A DNA stretch of 64,000 nt from contig NC_043000.1 of NCBI RefSeq assembly GCF_006345805.1, forward strand, positions 144,460,001 through 144,524,000, written 5' to 3'. This stretch comes from Octopus sinensis. Taxonomy: Eukaryota. Both the position numbers and the translations under genes were made by a program. Each line of letters opens with the position of its first letter. The stretch's first letter is position 1. The notes below the pieces were generated by a model, which saw only the letters and a program-made list of their open reading frames with translations, was not told the DNA's origin and did no database searches. Positions 13,078 through 28,329 of this stretch are shown piece after piece.

Positions 13078-14055
13078 AGGTGGCGAGCTGGCAGAAGCGT
13101 TAAGCACGCCGGGCGAAATTCTTAGCAGTATATCATCTGCCGCTACGTTCTGAGTTCAAATTCTGCCGAGGTCACCTTTGCCTTTCATCCTTTCGGGGTC
13201 GATTAAATAAGTACCAGTTACGCACTGGTGTCAATGTAATCGACTTAATCCGTTTGTCTGACCTTTTGTGTCCCTTCTATGTGTAGCCCCTTGTGGGCAG
13301 TAAAGAAATAGGCATTTCCTCTGCCGTTACGTTCTGAGTTCAAATTCCGCCGAGGTCGACTTTGCCTATTATCCTTTCGGGGTCGATAAATTAAGTACTA
13401 GTTACGCACTGGTGTCAATGTAATCGACTTAATCCGTTTGTCTGACCTTTTGTGTCCCTTCTATGTGTAGCCCCTTGTGGGCAGTAAAGAAATAGGCATT
13501 TCCTCTGCCGTTACGTTCTGAGTTCAAATTCCGCCGAGGTCGACTTTGCCTATCATCCTTTCGGGGTTGATAAATTAAGTACTAGTTACGCACTGGTGTC
13601 AATGTAATCGACTTAATCCGTTTGTCTGACCTTTTGTGTCCCTTCTATGTGTAGCCCCTTGTGGGCAGTAAAGAAATAGGCATTTCCTCTGCCGTTACGT
13701 TCTGAGTTCAAATTCCGCCGAGGTCGACTTTGCCTATCATCCTTTCGGGGTTGATAAATTAAGTACTAGTTACGCACTGGTGTCAATGTAATCGACTTAA
13801 TCCGTTTGTCTGTCCTTGTTTGACCCTTCTGTGTTTAACTACTTTTGGGTAGTAAAGAAATAGGTATTACGTCTGCCGTTTCGTAATGAGTTCAAATTCC
13901 GCCGAGGTCGACTTTGCTGTTCATCCTGTCGGGGTCGATAAATTGAGTACCAGTTACGCACTGGGGTTGCTGTAATCGATTTAAACCCCTTGTCTGTCCT
14001 TGTTTGTCCCCTCTATGCTTAGCTCCTTGTGGACAATAAAGAGATAAGAAATAAG
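13078..14055 (+). mobile_element. tRNA-derived SINE family B amplified as five head-to-tail 184 bp units
   Basis: One A-box head (TGGCAGAAGCGTTA) at about 13088; unit starts CTGCCG at 13137, 13321, 13505, 13689 and 13873, each with B-box GAGTTCAAATT. Confidence 0.9.
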
Positions 14056-16100
14056 CGGACAATCATGAGCAGGTCAATGAATGTGTCAATGCATCATATG
14101 TTATATTATGCAGTCTGTGCATTGTAAGTCATCTCTTACTTACTTCACTGGTCGTGAGCAATACTACATGAGCAAGATAAGATCCATCAAGTGCAACAAT
14201 GATGCAATAGGCTAATCGTCTATATGGCTCTTCCAAAAGGATGGATTGTATATCACTTGGAATGTGCTGGTGCTAAGGATGAATCCGTACGTTGCCGGAT
14301 GTGAAGGATCCAGTAAGTTTGCACTCCTGCGTTGTGGTATATATTGCTCTGCGTGTAAGAAAAAACATGTTATTTTTATATCAGAATTTTCAAAACAAGA
14401 TTTCGATTTTCGCATTGCCAATAAAAATAAGAATATAAAATAACTTTGTGTACATACATATAAAAATACATATAAAAATAAATATAAAAAATATTCAAAT
14501 ATTTATAAAATGTCTAACTGTAAAATGATTCTTGTAAGTTTCACTCTATATTTATACTATATATGTTAAGAAACATTCATAAAAAAAATCCAAAAGGATA
14601 GTTAAAAAGCTATATATTCAATTTTTTTCATTTAACTATCTTAAAATTTCACTGCTGTATTACTTATACAGCAATGAACACTTATTTTATAGTTTGTGTA
14701 CTTAACAATTGCCGACATTTTAAATCGGCAAGTGATACATTTTAGTAACGCAAATAAGATAACATCAATATTTCACTCTATACGTGGAAACAAGTGGAAA
14801 AACAAACAAAAAAGTGGTAACAATAATCATGTCCTTTAATGCATGCATATATGTGTGTGTGTGTTTGTGTGTGTGTGCGTGTGTGTGTGTGTATATGTAT
14901 GTATATATGTATGTATGTTTGTAGGCGTTGTTGCAATAACTCTGCAATGAAAATATATTTATCATAAAATATAACAACAAAGTCAAATCATTCGATGTAA
15001 AACATTTCTGTTACAAATAGAAAAGCTTCGACGGTGGTTTGAAAAGTACAAATAAAATATACAAACAACGGAAAACATATAGATATACAAGGAAACAGGA
15101 AATATAGAGGGAATATTCATAAACAAACTATCTTTATTATATGCATACACGCATAGACATAAATGCCAATTTCACAACAAAAAGAGCAGCATATACGACG
15201 TATCGAATGGTAACATAAAACTAGAAAAAAGAAAGAATATCCGACGATGGTTACAGTCTAAATGGAAAACAAACGAGAAAAAAATGAAAATATGTATTAA
15301 AATATTGACAAGGTAATTCCCTACAACGTTACTGCTACGACTATGATTTTAATATATTGAATATATAAAGAAAACAACAAATATATATATATAAAGGAAC
15401 ATCACTCAACTCTCATCATCGTCATCATCATAGCTCTTTTCATCATAAGCAGCATTAACATAGATGTAAGCACCAAGTGCAACTTTAACTATAAGAGCAC
15501 GAAAAGCAAGAACAACAACAAAATATATTGCCTTGCTGACGATGATAATGTTGTCGGCAAATACAACAATAGGCTGCTTGGATAGATTCCACATTGAATT
15601 AAAGCACATAATAAAAGCTGTTAGCTATTCACAATGCCAAAGCGACCTCCTAATGTGAACGACATTCTTTCGCTGAGTCGTCAAAATGAATTATTAGATA
15701 AACTCGGGGCGATTTAGCAAACCATATCATATTCACTGCCTCCAAGCACAGTGTGTTACTGACGCGCCTGCTATATTACCTGTCAGTCATAGTCGCAAAT
15801 ATTTGCACCCTCACACACTAGCATTCTCTATATTTCATTGATATTCGAATAAAACCATTCAGTAGGATGAGAAACTTTCACAAATAGAGAGAATTACCAT
15901 TAAATTCTTTAAATTGTCCAGGTGTCTGTTCGTGTTAGCAATGAGAAAGAACACTATCACACTGGTGAAGAATGAGGCACAATGACACACGTATTGAAAA
16001 CGTGATTTTTCTCAAATTATAAAGTAAGACATAAAATGAAAAAAAAATACATATAGGACAGGGCACAAGGAATATATACTTTATCTTCATACATACGTAG

Positions 16101-16494
16101 TTTATTTCTTTTAGTCTTTGAATTGTTTCAGTCATTTGACTGCGGCCATGCTGGAGCACCGCGTTTAGTCTAACCGATCGACCCCAGGACTTATTCTTTG
16201 TAAGTCTAGTACTTATTTTATGGGACTGCTTTGCCGAACTGTTAAGTTACAGGGCCATAATCACACCAGTATCTGTTGTCAAGCAATGTTGGGGGTCAAT
16301 CACATACACATACTCACATATATGTATTTATGACGGGCTTCTTTCAGTTTCTGTTTACCAAATCTACTCACAAGATTTTGGTCAGCCCGAGACTATAGTA
16401 GAAGACATTTGCCCAAAGTGTCATGCAGTAGGCCTGAACCCAGAACCATGTGGTTGGGAAGCAAGCTTCTTAAGACGGAGCCACGCCTGCGCCT
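16101..16494 (-). mobile_element. tRNA-derived SINE family A
   Basis: TGTTTCAGTCATTTGACTGCGGCCATGCTGGAGCACCG tail and GACGGGCTTCTTTCAGTTTC...GCCACGCCTGCGCCT head in reverse. Confidence 0.9.
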
Positions 16495-16496
16495 GA

Positions 16497-16563
<67 letters not shown>

Positions 16564-16729
16564 GCATATGTCTATATATATGTCTATATATATATTTGGG
16601 AGATGTAACTGCGTGAGTGTATATATGTGCATATATGTGTTCATATAATATACCTATATATGTAAGCATATACGTATATTTACTAACGTATAACAGATGA
16701 AGAGATGTGAATAAACTAAAATGGTTAAT

Positions 16730-16731
16730 GC

Positions 16732-16786
<55 letters not shown>

Positions 16787-16847
16787 TGCAGCAGCAGCAG
16801 CTGTAGTAGTAGTAGTAGTAGTAGTAGGGCAGCAGCAGTAATGATGA

Positions 16848-16909
<62 letters not shown>

Positions 16910-17045
16910 AAGAAGAAGAAGGAGAAGAAGGAGATAGAAGAAGAAAAATAAGAGATAGAAGAAGAAGGAGGAGGAAAAGATTAAGAAAAATAAGAAGAAC
17001 CACAACAGCCACAACAACAACGAAAGCTACTACTACTACTACAAC
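16730..17045. repeat. Compound (TAG)n/(CAG)n/(GAA)n microsatellite
   Basis: Direct reading; explains the poly-T/Y/L ORFs. Confidence 0.95.
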
Positions 17046-17436
17046 AATCGAAGCAATAACAACGCTAAAAAGGAGAATGGCGATCGTGTGCGAGAAAATC
17101 AGAATGATAATTTGTAGAAAGCAATAAGAAATGTAACATCATATCTTAATAATAGGTGCTTAATGTTTATTCCTAATGGTTTGTAGGAAGATGTTAAGGA
17201 CATATGGATTGATATACAGAAAGTCAATGTTCCTCTAAAACGTTAAGCCATCGCTAGAGATCCAAACGCAAATTGTTTATCAATATCTGCTCATGTAGTA
17301 ACTATCGTATCACCTCCGCCGTTATTTATCGTTACATTAAATAGCTAAAAATTCTTTATTGCGATCACTTTAAATAAGGAGCTAGTGGTTAAACTGCTGT
17401 CTAGTTAACCAAAGACATACATATCCAGACATAATG

Positions 17437-17486
<50 letters not shown>

Positions 17487-17487
<1 letters not shown>

Positions 17488-17735
17488 ACTAAAATTAAGG
17501 GTGTCTGAGAGACACCACCATGCCGAAGTAGCAGTCAAAACCCTGACTATCTCATGGTGCGATATGAACATTTAACGTGGTTCTTAGAGTCAGGGTTTTG
17601 ACTGCTATTTCGGCATGGTGGTGTCTCTCAGACACTCTTATTTTTAGTTGTAAAAAATTATTACTTTTGTACGATATTTTTCCCATGCTGGCCACTTGAT
17701 AATATCGATATTTAAATATCGATATTATCCTTATT

Positions 17736-17745
<10 letters not shown>
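17487..17745. mobile_element. Foldback element copy 2 (62 bp arms plus shared tail)
   Basis: Arms 17487-17548/17588-17649; loop and tail align with the 9.7 kb copy. Confidence 0.7.
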
Positions 17746-17834
<89 letters not shown>

Positions 17835-19749
17835 ACGTGAAGTATATTTGCCACTAAAATGTGGCTAACCACTAAGGGTGGATGCTACTGTAGCTCGTAG
17901 CCCCAGGAGAACATCTTCTCCAGCTAGCTATTGACACACTTTCTCTGCCCTATCAGTATTTGCAAAGAGATTTATTATTGCTTATATATATATAAACCTA
18001 TATTTTTCTAAGTGCTGATGTATGTGTGTGCGCATGTGTATTGTGTGTGTGTGGTGTGTGTGTGTGCATGCGTTTGCTTTCATAAAACTCAATTAAGGGC
18101 ATTCGTACATATTCCTGATGGATGTTGCATTGGGGCTCCTCTCTTTAACATTAACATTAAGCCTTAGTTCGTACACATGAATACTTCTCAGTTAGCTGCC
18201 TCTTAATTGTTTCGCAAGGTTATATATCTTCCACAAGTATGCGAAATATGTATGGCTTCATATACTGATATACGTGATTGCGTAGAAAGAAATTTTAAGG
18301 TACTTATACCTTCATCCATGCATTTTAGTGTGTAAAGATAAACGGATATTTTAAAGCATGTATGCATTCGCGTGGATAGAGAAAATCGTTCATGGAAGAA
18401 TTTGTATTGAAAATATACATACGTATTCAAGAAATTGTCTTAAGAAGTAGATATCCTTACACAAACCTGTTCGCACATATATATGCTATGCAAACGCACG
18501 CTTACACATATGAAAAGAGAAAGTTCGTAAAGCATTACGCCGCATTTCTACCTTCCAACCATCGGGGAATTAACATATTTAGGCTTATACAATAACAGGC
18601 ATTGTACAATGACAAACGTAGGAAAATTTTCTTTTGGTAACAATCTGTGACCGAGCTAAATCCCTCACACCACGCTAAGGGGAATTTCAGAGAGCATCTC
18701 CTAAACATCATAGTTGTCGGCCATGCAGCAATGTTACAATCAAATTAACAAATATCAACTTTATAGATGCATCCAAAGGTTTAAATAGGAAAATACAACA
18801 CTTAGCGTAAGTAAGAAACCATTTGATTGAACGTCCATTTTTATCATTTACATTCCAAATACTTGACACATATTAACAGAATAATTTCCAGCAATTTGGT
18901 AATTAGGAAGGCGGCGAGATGGTGTGTATTAACGGCTAATCATCCGTCTTTACATTTTGGGTTCAATTTTTGTCGATGTCCACTTTGCCTTTCACCCACA
19001 TGTGTATGTGTATTTGTATTTTTCATGAGCTTGTAAGTTATAAAACTGACAACACCGCTGATTTCCAGTTAATACGTTTTACTAACTACTGTTATTGGTA
19101 TATATTAATACTTTGTCCCGTTCTTCACAACGGCAACATTTCCAAATCTATTAACTTTCTATAAATTTCCCATGCCATCGTCTAAAAGAAAAAAATACAG
19201 TAAAAAACGAAAAAAAAAACAAAGAAAAAAACAACAAACAAACTGTGTCTGTTGTCGGTGCATTGTTTTTTTACCATGTAAGTATCATGGAAATACGTTT
19301 ATAACTCATAAATTCCGAGGTCAGAACATCTTTGAAAACTTCATTATTTAATATCAAAAATAATGTCCTGCTTACTTATTTCGTATACTGTTATTAATGA
19401 CATTTCTAATGTTCTTCTCTTTTCACAAACAGATATATCATGCGTGAAAGATACTATGAAATTTATCGAGTTTGCCGTTACACAATTATAAATTCAATAA
19501 TGATGCAGCGATATTACCTTGTGTAAGAATATTTTCATTTTCAATTGCTACCTATTTCAAATCAGGCTGTCTATACGCTGCTGGTTTTCGTTCATGTGAT
19601 GAGATTGAGAAAAACTGAAAACTTCATCAATGTTATCATTATCATATCATCATACAAGATAAATGAGAATTCTAGACAATAGGGGTTATTTAATATTAAA
19701 AGTTAGCGTATGTTAAGCATGTATGAAAGAAAAGCTGTTCATATTGTTT

Positions 19750-19803
<54 letters not shown>

Positions 19804-19809
19804 GTTTCT

Positions 19810-19843
<34 letters not shown>

Positions 19844-20474
19844 CGTGTGTGTACACACGTCCTTATTTGTTTATGTACTTGCATGTATTTTATATATGCC
19901 GTTGGTATACTGCCAATATAGGTACAGACAGATGGTTTACTAGTAAGGAAAAGATGACTCAGACATTCGTCCAAATTTTCACCCTCCATAAACTTGAGAA
20001 TTCAAAATTCTTTCTGAACATTACCCAATGTTCGTAAAGGAAACGCAGATGATAAAGGATAAGAGATCATTGCAAAACTTCGAATAAAAAGAACCAAAGA
20101 ACAATGTATAACCATATCAATCTACTAGAGAAATAAATATAGAAACTCAGAAATTAATAGAGTATCTTCTAGTCATAAACTGGGGGAGGATAAGTAGGCA
20201 AATGGAGTTTCAGTGAAATCATAGGCAGAACGAATTCAAGAACTGGAAAGGAAAGGATTACAAAAAAAATTGGAATTGTGCGAAGGTAATCACAGAGTAC
20301 TAATAGATTCTTAAGACAAGAATATTGTGTTATAGAAGTAAAGGAACGGAGCTGAGAAATTGGTCAATGCTTTTCATACTACGAAGGGAAGGAGGAGACG
20401 GAAAGATTAGGGAACGAAATACAGTGCAACTATATGGAGATGGTACACAACAACAGCTACATACATTTATACAC

Positions 20475-20646
20475 AGGCGCAGGGGTGGCTGTGTGGTAAG
20501 TAGCTTGCTAACCAACCACATAGTTCCGGGTTCAGTCCCACTGCGTGGCATCTTGGGCAAGTGTCTTCTGCTATAGCCCCGGGCCGACCAATGCCTTGTG
20601 AGTGGATTTGGTAGACGGAAACTGAAAGAAGCCCGTCGTATATATG

Positions 20647-20683
<37 letters not shown>

Positions 20684-20892
20684 CTGTGTTTGTTTTCCCC
20701 AACATCGCTTGACAACCGGTGCTGGTGTGTTTATTTCTCCGTCAATTAGCGGTTCGGCAAAATAGACCGATAGAATAAGTACTGGGCTTACGATGAATAA
20801 GTCCCGGGGTCGATTTCCTCGAGTAAAGGCGGTGCTCCAGCATGGCCGCAGTCAAATGACTGAAACAAGTAAAAGAGTAAAAGAGTAAAGAG
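20475..20892 (+). mobile_element. tRNA-derived SINE family A, full length
   Basis: A box TGGCTGTGTGG, B box GGGTTCAGTCCC, internal (TA)n(TG)n, 3' tail (GTAAAAGA)n. Confidence 0.92.
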
Positions 20893-23800
20893 TATATATA
20901 CATATACGCACACATATGTATAAATATATATATATACATACATATATATATATAACTGTGTGTAGATGTTGTTGTGTATCGTCTTCATATAGTTGCACTG
21001 TATTTTGTTTCCTAATCTTTCAGTCTATATATATGCATATACATATATATGTACATGCGTATGTGTTTGTGCGTGCGTGTGTATTTATATATACATATGT
21101 ACATGTGTGTTTGTGTATGCAAACACATAAACACTGAAAATAATCAGTCTTTCCGAAATGCGAAATTGCTTCTCCTTTAGAAATGCATATATTAGTCCCA
21201 GTGCAGAAAAACATTTAAAAGAATAAATAAGCTGTTGACAGTAATTAAATTGTTTCTATATACCAAAAGCTGCGAAGAAATGTTTTGAGACAGGAACTGA
21301 GAAGTTGTCTTCTATGTAAATACTAATCTTCAGAACATAAGCGATATAAGTCAGCCAGAACGGAATTTAAGCTACCGAACCACAAATAAACAACAGTGAC
21401 ATAAATGAGCAGTATACAATCGTATACTTACTGTTTTTAAACGCATATAAATTGCATTATTACAAAATTCGTTAGTAATAACAGAGAAGCTACATGAAGG
21501 TGGATTTAAAGCATTATGCAAATGCAGTTAACAAAAGCTCTCTCGGCTTTGCTGAAATCTAATTTGGTTATGGAAGAATATAAAACTGTTTGGATGAGTA
21601 GCTAGCGTATAGCATATATCCTTACACAAAGAAATTGAGGATGTACTATAGGCATTATTCTGATACAATACAACATTCGACACAGTTCTTGTAGACAACA
21701 TTTTATTGATTCGGTTAAGACACTGCCTTGAAAGTCCTATTAAAGTTTAGGAATATAATGTTGGTAGGTGGGCGGTAACTTTAGAGTGACAGAATAGCTA
21801 CCACATACTTCGTTCCATGTCTGTAGTTTTGACATTTAAATTGCGTCGACTTCGATGTTTGCATTAATTCTTCCGCAATGGAAAAATACTAGTCAACTAT
21901 TATTTAATAATACTGACGTGCAATCATTAGGTATTTTTCACGAAACCCGTTATGATCCAGTTGAAATCTATTGCTTTGAGTCTTTTAAAAAAATTATTAT
22001 CTTTATTTTCACATTAAAATCTTTAGATGACAAATTTCACTACCTTCAGCACCGGTTAGAAGAAAGCCCAGGAGATTTTCTTTTTGATGCCTCATAATTT
22101 CTTCAGGATATGATTATGTATTTCTGAGAGGAAATGTAGCTACTGGAGCGCATGGAATATATAAATAGCGTTAGCTTAACCTTCAAAATGCAAATGAAAC
22201 AATTTCATTCACATTACATGTTTCTATATGCATATAAAACAATTCCTTCTGCTCTCCTCCGATTATAAATACGACTCTTTAAAAAATAGATTATGAAGAT
22301 TTACAATTAGGTATTAATGGATGTAAATATATGTTTAAAAATTTCACTGTTACTCTCTCAAGTATCAGATGTATTTAGTAAGTGCCATTATTTCCTTTTA
22401 TTTTTCTTATCACCTCACTATTTCATCGGCATGCCAAAATATGAAGTGTGGAAGGCGTTTCGCATTCCTTTGAAATAGAGAAAATGAAATACAAAGGATG
22501 CAGTTAACTTTAAATAATTTTTAACATACTACGTCTGCAACTTCTTTCATTTTATTTGAGAATATATTCCTGTGCATTCTAGTAGTGGACCTCAGGCAAA
22601 TTAAACGTTTTACATTCGAGGCTAGGAATGTTGCTATTACTAGTAGTTTTATTAATATTCATGTACTTCCACCAGTTACACGATTAACTAATAATATGCA
22701 AGAACTATAATTTATGGAAATGTCTGTACAATAAGGAAATATTAATATCTGATTGTTCCTCGTTGCATGCTACACGTCCATTTTTGTTTGAACATGTTGC
22801 TTATTTGACTTTTACTACATACATATAACGTTCTTTGGAGGCTATTTCACGCTTAATATAGAAACAAAGAAAATGACTGCAACACTTTTGTTTATTTTGA
22901 CTGTATCATTGGTTTATCTTTTTGCGAAGCCTATCCTACCAACTACATACAAAATTAAGCATTTCAACTTCAAATTTTTTACGACTTTACAACTTAGTAT
23001 TCAGACAGACAGTGTATCGTTTTATCGTGTTAAAAATACTGTTTACATTGACATTAAACAGCATAAAATTAATAAATTATTTGAGGACCTGTTTCTTATA
23101 GGATTTAATAAAAATACAGTGATAGGCACTTGCGTTCTAATTAGAGGCTAAATATAAAAACGTTTAAGGAAATTCATATTGACATGATAATAAAATTTAT
23201 TTGAACTTAGGCTTTACAAACATAAAACAAACAGTATCGGGAATACAACAAACAAACGGTCCCACTGAATACACGAATCGTATTTCCACATCTACCATTA
23301 GCGTTTATCACAAAAGAATATTTGGAACACAGATATGAGTGAAAATTTGCAATTTCAAATTTTATATACATGATGAATATTTGCCCCCAATAATCAAAAT
23401 TTAGAAAAAATGAAAATGGAAAAAGTGCGAAAGTTATATCCAAAAGTGTTCGGTTATCAAGGTTTATTGAAGTAACAAAAAGTCATGTAAATACATGCAA
23501 TGAGGATCAGTATCTTGTACATTTCGAAAGCAAAATATAAAAGCGTTTTTGTTTTCAATGATATCTTGTGCCTGATACCATATGCTGTTGGACAAAGTGT
23601 CCTACGGAATAACTACGGTTCCCGGGGATTGCATACAAGTAATTATTATAAATTGCTTCTACTACTTACATGTAAGATGCCGCAGCGTTTTGCCTATATA
23701 CATTTCTGAATTGCATTATTTCCAAGGTCTATCTTCTTTGGTATGCTGCACATTACGCTGCACAAACGTAAGAAACATATTTTGAGGTCCTACAATGAGA

Positions 23801-25215
23801 ATAGTTAATGAATAATTTAACCGTTATAAAATTGATTCATTTAAAAATGATAATGCCGAAACATTTAGTAGGCGGCTTCAAAAACAAATCATGTAAGAGG
23901 ATTCTTGTTTACTAAAATTGAACTGCAAGTATTTGACACAATGCCGGCAGAAATGAAATTTAATTTCTTTTCTTCAGTTAATCATTTCAATATCTCACTA
24001 CAATATTAGCCTCATATATTTGTAGAAAACTCTGCATCGTATTATTGAGCATTCTATATCTGATATTTCCTCTCACTATAAACACAATTTTCTTTGCCTA
24101 CATTCTCGCTAATGGATTGGAGTTCAACTTCTAGCTATATAAAGAGAATCATGTATAATGAATTGACATTAAACAAAGATTATATTTCTTTGTTCAGATC
24201 CTTATTTCCTTATTGTACAGATATTTCCATACACACGATGTGAGATACAAAAGAAAAATACGTTGGGAATATATTCTAACTTATAGTTTTTTAACGTAAT
24301 TTTGAAGAAGTCAGCTTTGGTACAATTAACCAAAAATATTTTGATGAACCCTTCAATCCACTTTTGTAGTACGTAGTAGCATAGGTAGCATGGATTGAAA
24401 ATTTCACGATACATAATGTGCTTCTTCTACACATCATACGAAAATACAAACGCATACCAGTTATTTTTTCTTTTTCATTTGTTAAGCTTTTTGACCTCAT
24501 TATAAATACATAGTTTACCCACTCTATTAGATATAGCTTTTGCATCTCTAGTTACTGTTGTCGCTATAAAAAAGAAAAATAAAGAATAATGAAATAAAGG
24601 ATGTATAAATAGTGCGAAAATAAAAATGGCAGACTGCATCAAAATTTTCTATAATTCAATCAATTTTGAATTGGTACGTGTGATGTCTTCTTTCACAGAT
24701 ATATATTAGTAATTTAACAAACCAGCGAAAAGGATGAAAGGAAATATTACTTACGAATAAGTATGCTTTATGTGTTGACGGGAGACCGCCACATACCATC
24801 AGCACACCCTGTAGCACTACAGAATGACACGCCAATCATTTTCTTTCATTTTACAGCCATTCATTTCAATTCACTACGAATGCTATCTAATTAAGAACAA
24901 ATTTAATAGTAAATCAAAGCTGTGATTTAAATTGAAAGTAATTTCATTAGACACTATTGCAAATTGACAGGATTTAATTAATGATAACTCAAGCATATGT
25001 CTTGTCCTTGAATGTAAGCTCATCAAACTTAAGATAAACGTCATATTCGACGTCTACTTTTTCGTTAACACCACCGCAATTGTCATCATTCGGTGCAGGT
25101 TTTAACCAGATAAATAAATATAAATGCACTGAAGTTATTTAAGATAAGAAATGAAATTATATCGAAGGAACTCTTAACAACGTAAATAAAAATATGTATA
25201 GAAACATACTTACGA

Positions 25216-25256
<41 letters not shown>

Positions 25257-25364
25257 TATGTATGTATGTATGCATGTATGTATGTATTATATACACATAC
25301 ATATAGATAGATACATACATGCATGAATAACATACATCATATATATCTAGATATAACATATATA

Positions 25365-25434
<70 letters not shown>

Positions 25435-26440
25435 TATATATATATAGTAGAAAATATAAGGGAAATCAAACATTAATCATGGTTAGCTCTCCTGCTGAGG
25501 TTTCAGCTATCAAGTGATACAACGGTACATCTTGGATACAATTAAGTGTGACGTCGCATCTCAAAATCAGGAGTGAGAAATAAATTTGAGTGACTTCTGA
25601 ATGGTTAAAGACGTTTCGTAATATGATTTCAGTTACATCATGCACTCTTATTCGAAGGTGTATACTTTTCGCATAGAATGATATTGTGCTGCATGTGAAC
25701 ACCACCACCAATTTGTACACACCTGCCAGGGAGTTGGACATTTCTTCTTTGTCAGTATTTCTGTTATATCCGATGGAGTTAGTGATTGTTAAACGTTTAA
25801 TAACTCCCCACCGTGAACGTCACTACCGCATAGTTGGTCTTGTATTGTTATTTTATTTGAAATCTACATCGATCCGTTTGTCATAATTAAATACCTTCAT
25901 CTTCAGCTATACCACCCTACTAACGTCTAGTATTACACCTCTATTTTTACCCAAACTGCCGAAACCTAATAGGTCTGGCTTCCTATATTTGCTTATTTTC
26001 TGTTTTTCCTCATATGTTATGTATGCATATTGACTCAATTGTAGTTGGTTAACAATGGTGTATATCTGCATGGATGATGTTGTTTTACTTGTAAATGAAT
26101 ATATGTAGATCCCTTATTTATCTATCAATGGACATATGCACATGCTCGTGCTGATATGTACATATTTTATGCATATTTCTATGCATTAATTTAAAAAACA
26201 ATATTCCTGTATATTCATGTAAGTTATATTCGCAGCTTCGTATACGCGTATATATGAGTTTGTATATATTTAAGCGAGTGCATTTATGAGGCGTGTACGA
26301 AACTGATATGTGTGAAGTCGCTATACTGGGGTATATTTGTAATCATCTCAGTGCATTTAACAGGTCGATGTGTATGCATATGTATCAAATACTATAATAT
26401 TTTCATTCTAATATATTTTCTAATATGCAGATGTATGTGA

Positions 26441-26533
<93 letters not shown>

Positions 26534-27673
26534 TGAGTGTGTGTGTATGGATCGTCATACATATATTTTAGATGCATATATTATTGTATGCGAAATGTAT
26601 GTACGGCCACTTTGTATAATCATTGTTTTAGTGAGTATATGTGTGTAACTATATGTGGATCTGGCATTCCAAACTTTTAAGACCGCACATGCATGAAACA
26701 TTAGTTCCTTAATAACTGCTACGCCCCTGCCTTTATAACCGGTTGGGTAATCCCTTTCCGCCTCTCCAAATAATAGTGTTCTGTACGCCTTCCCAAATAA
26801 TTGTGTCTAGTACACATTCACTAAAAGATCACTCTGAAGCATTTCTTAGTAAAAGCTCAATATGTATGCTGCGAGAAAAATTGAATAAACTTCCAGTTTC
26901 ATATTTATTAATATTTTAAATAATGTGACAAAAGAAAATCGTAATAAGTGTACCATTATTATTTGATGTACCCTAAACTCAACTCATAGAGAAATCAGTT
27001 AAAATAAAGCAAAGGAGAACAACCATATAGCCATAAAGAAAGAAAATTAAACACTATTTGAAGGTTAAAAAGAAAACGATACAAAAATGAACAATCTAAG
27101 AGTTCTGGCCCTATATCCATATACTTCCTAATTAATCTACCTGTTCTATAATAATTCAATGCTGTGAAAGGCAAAATTTTCGAGGCAACGACTCAATCCG
27201 GAGAGTGTGGTATTCCTCAGTTTGACAAAATACATTTGGCTATGCGCTTCTATTTACTGAAATATCAGATCTGGAAATAAATAGCGTAATATAATTTTGG
27301 AATCTAATATACAATGTTTCAGCCACGCAGAGTTTGCATCGCTTTAACACGTTTACACATATAAATAACTAGCCAAATTATTGGATCAACTTCTATCGTC
27401 AGTGTATTACTGCATTGTGTCTTGGCGTATATATTAGTGGCGAAAATATTTCATTCATTCTAGTACTAAGAAAAAGATTCGTTACAAACTGAATATATCT
27501 AATGGACTCACGATGTAAATACGTAAATGAAATATTTTATGCATTTTCTAGATGGAATCGGTTTCTTTTCTGGAAATTTATTTTGTCTAGTGTTATAACG
27601 ATTCTGCCAGAACACCGCCTTAATTTTTGTACATATAAAATATTTTAACCTATTACGCAATAGTAAACTGTAT

Positions 27674-27737
<64 letters not shown>

Positions 27738-27848
27738 GAGTGTGTGTGTGTATGTATATGTATATGTATATATATATCTATATATCTATCTATATATATA
27801 TACATATATATATATATTTGTAATGTACATACGCAACTCTGTGTGTGC

Positions 27849-27890
<42 letters not shown>

Positions 27891-28329
27891 GTGTGTGTGT
27901 GTGGTGTGTAGATATTTACACATATATATTAATACATATATACTCTATATTTTTTATGCATTTATGTTTTATGTAGGAGATATATGGCTTATTGAAAATC
28001 ATACACGTTGTTTTTATTTTTATGGATGTTGCCTATGATCTCACTTCTGTGTACAGCATCAGCGTCGAATATATGAGATCTTTACTCAATTTTATTTAGA
28101 TTTTTAAAGCGCTAATATTGTTTTTGTGTGTGGAAGTATTCTCTCTCTACGAATACGAGATGTAATCATTGTGCTATTTTATTACTCATATAGAGCTAAA
28201 GCTTTCACCAGTAAAAATAATCGGCGAAGGTGATGCATTTCAACTCTAACGAATGTCATGGTATGAATTATGAGTTACCAATAATTTTCCTTATTGCCAT
28301 GTCATCTCCGATCGACCAGTACTATCTAT

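Noticed and set aside
20063-20085. bantam-like sequence AGAGATCATTGCAAAACT
   Set aside because: No complementary hairpin arm; chance similarity.
20480-20550. tRNA gene (also the heads at 43.7 and 54.4 kb)
   Set aside because: A/B boxes are present but run into SINE bodies with no closed acceptor stem or terminator.
25480-25860. GVYKL...-like GIY-YIG remnant on the minus strand
   Set aside because: The YIG half and conserved Arg/Glu are not recoverable.
26960-27125. Diverged similarity to 30970-31100 (TTGATGTACCCTAAA...CTCAT)
   Set aside because: Too short and degenerate to classify; probably an old dispersed repeat.
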